Assembly (NCBI GenBank): GCA_950097015.1
Contig: CATNEN010000038.1
Span: 4,960,001-5,024,000 of the forward strand
Direction: 5' to 3'
DNA from: Macrostomum hystrix
Lineage: Eukaryota > Animalia > Platyhelminthes
DNA: 64,000 nt
Under the pieces are notes generated by a model. That model ran no database searches and was not told the DNA's origin. It saw only the letters and a program-made list of their open reading frames with translations. Positions within the stretch are counted from its first letter, which is position 1. Every line of letters starts with the position of its first letter. This document shows, one piece after another, positions 61,257 through 64,000 of the stretch. A program made the position numbers and the translations under genes.

Positions 61257-63194
61257 TCAGGCCCCGCTAGTATTTTCCTTTGGTCGGGTGTTGATGACAA
61301 TAACTGCCACAGCCACCCCCAGCAGAACACAGCAGAGGCATATGCCGGCAATCAGCAGCCACCGTAGGAGAATCCGGCGCGGAGTGTTCGGGCAGCAAGC
61401 GTTTTCGCACCGCTCCAGACAGCCTATGTCCTTGCCGGCACTTGAACGCACCGGTCCATGGTGCTGCACCTCCGGTATCTGTTGGTCTGGCTCACCTGCC
61501 GGATGCCTGGGCCCAGCGAAATGCGTGTAGCTGTTGCCTGACACGAGAGTCGGGTTTGAGTCATCAAAAACTGGAATGCTGTAGATGCCGCCGCCCGGGT
61601 CCAAGCCCAGGCGACTCCGACGTAGCGAGGCCCGCCTCGCTCGACCAGGTGTCAGCAGCTCCTTGCCGCTGATGCCGCTGCTGCGCAATGAGTTGTGCGA
61701 CGTGGCGAGCGTGTTCATCGATTTTGCGCGCAAGCCCACCGAGCCAATCATTGTGCCGGTGTCGCGGCCCGAATAGTTGATGTAGTCGGGCACAGAGTTA
61801 GTCAACTGCGAGGCTGGAGGCTTGGCGAATACATAGTTACCCCCGGCAAAGTGCCGCTTTCGTTCGGCCTCTTCAAGCGCCCTGGAGTACTCAAGGATGG
61901 CCATGTCACCTGGCGTTGTCTCTGTAAAGTCCATCTCGTCGGAGCTCACTTCAAAGTCCGTGTCTAGGCGAGCCTTCATACGAGGCGGCATTGGTAAGGG
62001 ATATTGGTGCGGACTGATGTCAACTTGCGAGCGAGCTGACATGCTCAGTGAAGTCGCTGCTGGTGATTTGTAGGGTGAAGGCATCAGATGGTTCAGTGAC
62101 CTGCCGTTCTCGATCACAGTGCCACTGGGTGACAATGGAGAGCGCGAACTCCAGCCGCTAGCCGATGCCATCCGTGGAACCTCGTCACAGAAGCCCACTG
62201 GCGTTGTTCCAGAGGAGTTGCCTTCATCCTCCTCAATCGCAGTCGTTGCGTCTGTAGTTTCATTTTCCTCGCGCACTGCAGTATTGAAGTGAAACGCCGC
62301 CATGTGCGACAACGGCTGCTGCTGGCGAACATTCGGCAGAGAAGTTTGCGAACCGTGCGGAGGTTTTTGCAAGGAGCTCAAGAGTTGCTGCTGAGATTGC
62401 TGTGTCGGTTGCCCAACTCGCTTTATTCGGTCGGGATAGTAGGATGAAGGAATAGACGAATTGTCATCTAGCTCGGAGTCGATGTTTGTCTCAAGAAGGA
62501 TGCCACTGCTGCGAATCTCCAATGCACCGTTTTGGTTCGCAACTGTCCGATTCGGGACTGCTTGCTTCATGCTCAGAGCATCTTCGAGTGTCAGGCTAAC
62601 TGCCGTGGTCGCTGAGGGTGCAGACTGCAGCAGAGGTCTTGGCGGCGGAATAGAAGGTCGGAATTTGAACCCGAAATCGTCTTCCGACTCCTCCGTCCCT
62701 CCTTCCCCTGGCCGGGGGGCTTCGTCCTCGCCGCCAGTGGTCGAGTCAATATTAGTCTCCGGAGCCAGGTGAGCCGGAAGCCGGTTTTTTCTCTTACTTG
62801 GAAACATCGCCTTCTTTTTCTTGTAAAAGGCTCCTTTCAGGGTGCCGTCGCTACTATTTCGACTGTTGGTAGCTGCGGGGCCGTTGTCATGCCGAAACGC
62901 TGTGTTGTCATAGTAAGCTGTGGCTCTATCGTGAGCAGTCTGTAGATCCTGTGGTGACTCGACAACGCTCAGGGCTGCATTGTATCTTCCACCACCATCG
63001 GCTTCGTCGTCTTCTAGCTCGTCTCCAGTTAGACGATCTCTGGCGTCATAATAGCTGGTGTCGCCGGAGGAGGACCAACTTTGTCGTTTCACGCTGGGAG
63101 GCAACTGCTGATTGAGGCCGTTCATGCTGTTTGGTCTGGTCACAGTCAGTCGCGACTGTTCTTCTTGCAACACTTGCACGAGCAGATATACCAA
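61257..63194 (-). CDS. Large low-complexity protein with single C-terminal TM helix (tail-anchored/type II), unknown function
   Basis: 1.9-kb non-repetitive ORF, S/P/Q/D-rich. CLERCENACC precedes the TM ILLRWLLIAGICLCCVLLGVAVAVIVI. The true start is uncertain (ATG of MNGLNQQ near 63125, or an upstream exon). Confidence 0.75.
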   Translation of the reverse strand: MVYLLVQVLQEEQSRLTVTRPNSMNGLNQQLPPSVKRQSWSSSGDTSYYDARDRLTGDELEDDEADGGGRYNAALSVVESPQDLQTAHDRATAYYDNTAFRHDNGPAATNSRNSSDGTLKGAFYKKKKAMFPSKRKNRLPAHLAPETNIDSTTGGEDEAPRPGEGGTEESEDDFGFKFRPSIPPPRPLLQSAPSATTAVSLTLEDALSMKQAVPNRTVANQNGALEIRSSGILLETNIDSELDDNSSIPSSYYPDRIKRVGQPTQQSQQQLLSSLQKPPHGSQTSLPNVRQQQPLSHMAAFHFNTAVREENETTDATTAIEEDEGNSSGTTPVGFCDEVPRMASASGWSSRSPLSPSGTVIENGRSLNHLMPSPYKSPAATSLSMSARSQVDISPHQYPLPMPPRMKARLDTDFEVSSDEMDFTETTPGDMAILEYSRALEEAERKRHFAGGNYVFAKPPASQLTNSVPDYINYSGRDTGTMIGSVGLRAKSMNTLATSHNSLRSSGISGKELLTPGRARRASLRRSRLGLDPGGGIYSIPVFDDSNPTLVSGNSYTHFAGPRHPAGEPDQQIPEVQHHGPVRSSAGKDIGCLERCENACCPNTPRRILLRWLLIAGICLCCVLLGVAVAVIVINTRPKENTSGA

Positions 63195-64000
63195 AGCCAG
63201 TCAAAGAGGCACATCGGCCTCTCCTGACCGCTGTCTTGCGAAAAGTTTGACGACGACCGATGCCTCTTTCCCGTATTTTCGTCGCCGTTGCCAACTTTAT
63301 TGCCGTGTCCCTGCTGACTACTCGAGTGGTCTTTCCCTGTTCCTGATGCGTTATCGCTCATGTGGCGCAGGCGGTCCGCTATAGACGCAGTTTTTTTACT
63401 AGGACTTCTGAGGCAGGTTAATAGATATCGCAATTGACCATGCAGTTTGCTTTGCGTTGAGTGTCTGCTAACAGCGCTGCCGCATGCTAGTCCAAAGACA
63501 GGCTGGGACAGTAGATAGAGGGTGTAGGAGAGACAGGCAGCCGCTACAGGGTTTTTGCTTGCTTCCGATCTCGTCCCACCCCCATTGAGTCACGGTGAGA
63601 GAACTGTACTCTGAGTACACCTCTAAACCTCCTCCCTCTTGGGTAGGAGCTTGCGGAGAAGGGCAGAAAGGAATGAAATGAAGGGACGGACAGTCGCATA
63701 GGTTGCGAAGAAACGGAGCAGAGACGCGCGCGCTCATCAGAACGTGGCTTCACCAACACCTGCCAATTGTGCGCTTATGACAATCTTGGGGTTAGGCGTA
63801 GAATGTCTATTGACGCCCTCGTTTGAGTGAAAACTCATGCTCAAGCTAGGAGAATAGAAGCTTAGAGCTGGGGTTGATGTTGAGAGCGCACTAGCACTGG
63901 TGTACTCTGGACAATGATAATTGGGCGTATCCTAAAACGCTGTTCTCACAACCGTCTGCTGTGTGGACTTTTAAGAATATTTTAAAGCTTCTTTCGTCCT

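Overview
Eukaryotic (invertebrate animal) genomic DNA. The compact GT-AG exons, dense intronic minisatellites and tRNA-SINEs resemble a flatworm such as Macrostomum, which is inference only. Host genes reconstructed by hand: a 6+ exon secreted protein (575-3125, minus, runs off the window), a BIR-UBA-RING IAP (15420-16696), an alpha-arrestin (18095-21176, minus), a small signal-peptide+TM protein (25513-25893), a GPI-anchored two-Ig protein spread over 24 kb (34537-58754) and a large tail-anchored disordered ORF (61257-63194). Between ~3.8 and ~17.3 kb lies a mobile-element island. It holds three related Crypton/DUF3504-like tyrosine-recombinase (YR) genes or relics, a 301-bp inverted gene-less derivative of one of them, a LOA/R1-type LINE, an IS630/Tc1-like DD30E transposase fragment and MITEs. 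The most notable signal is a bipartite fixed-spacing motif, CCATAGAC-N7-GCGNNCANCAAT, seen about 12 times around the YR genes in a conserved arrangement and not seen by eye elsewhere in the window; it is a candidate recombinase att/binding site. Also present: an internally deleted P element with 100-bp TIRs and an 8-bp TSD, and a SINE family whose 3' stem-loop matches, with covariation, the 3' UTR of the LINE in this window.
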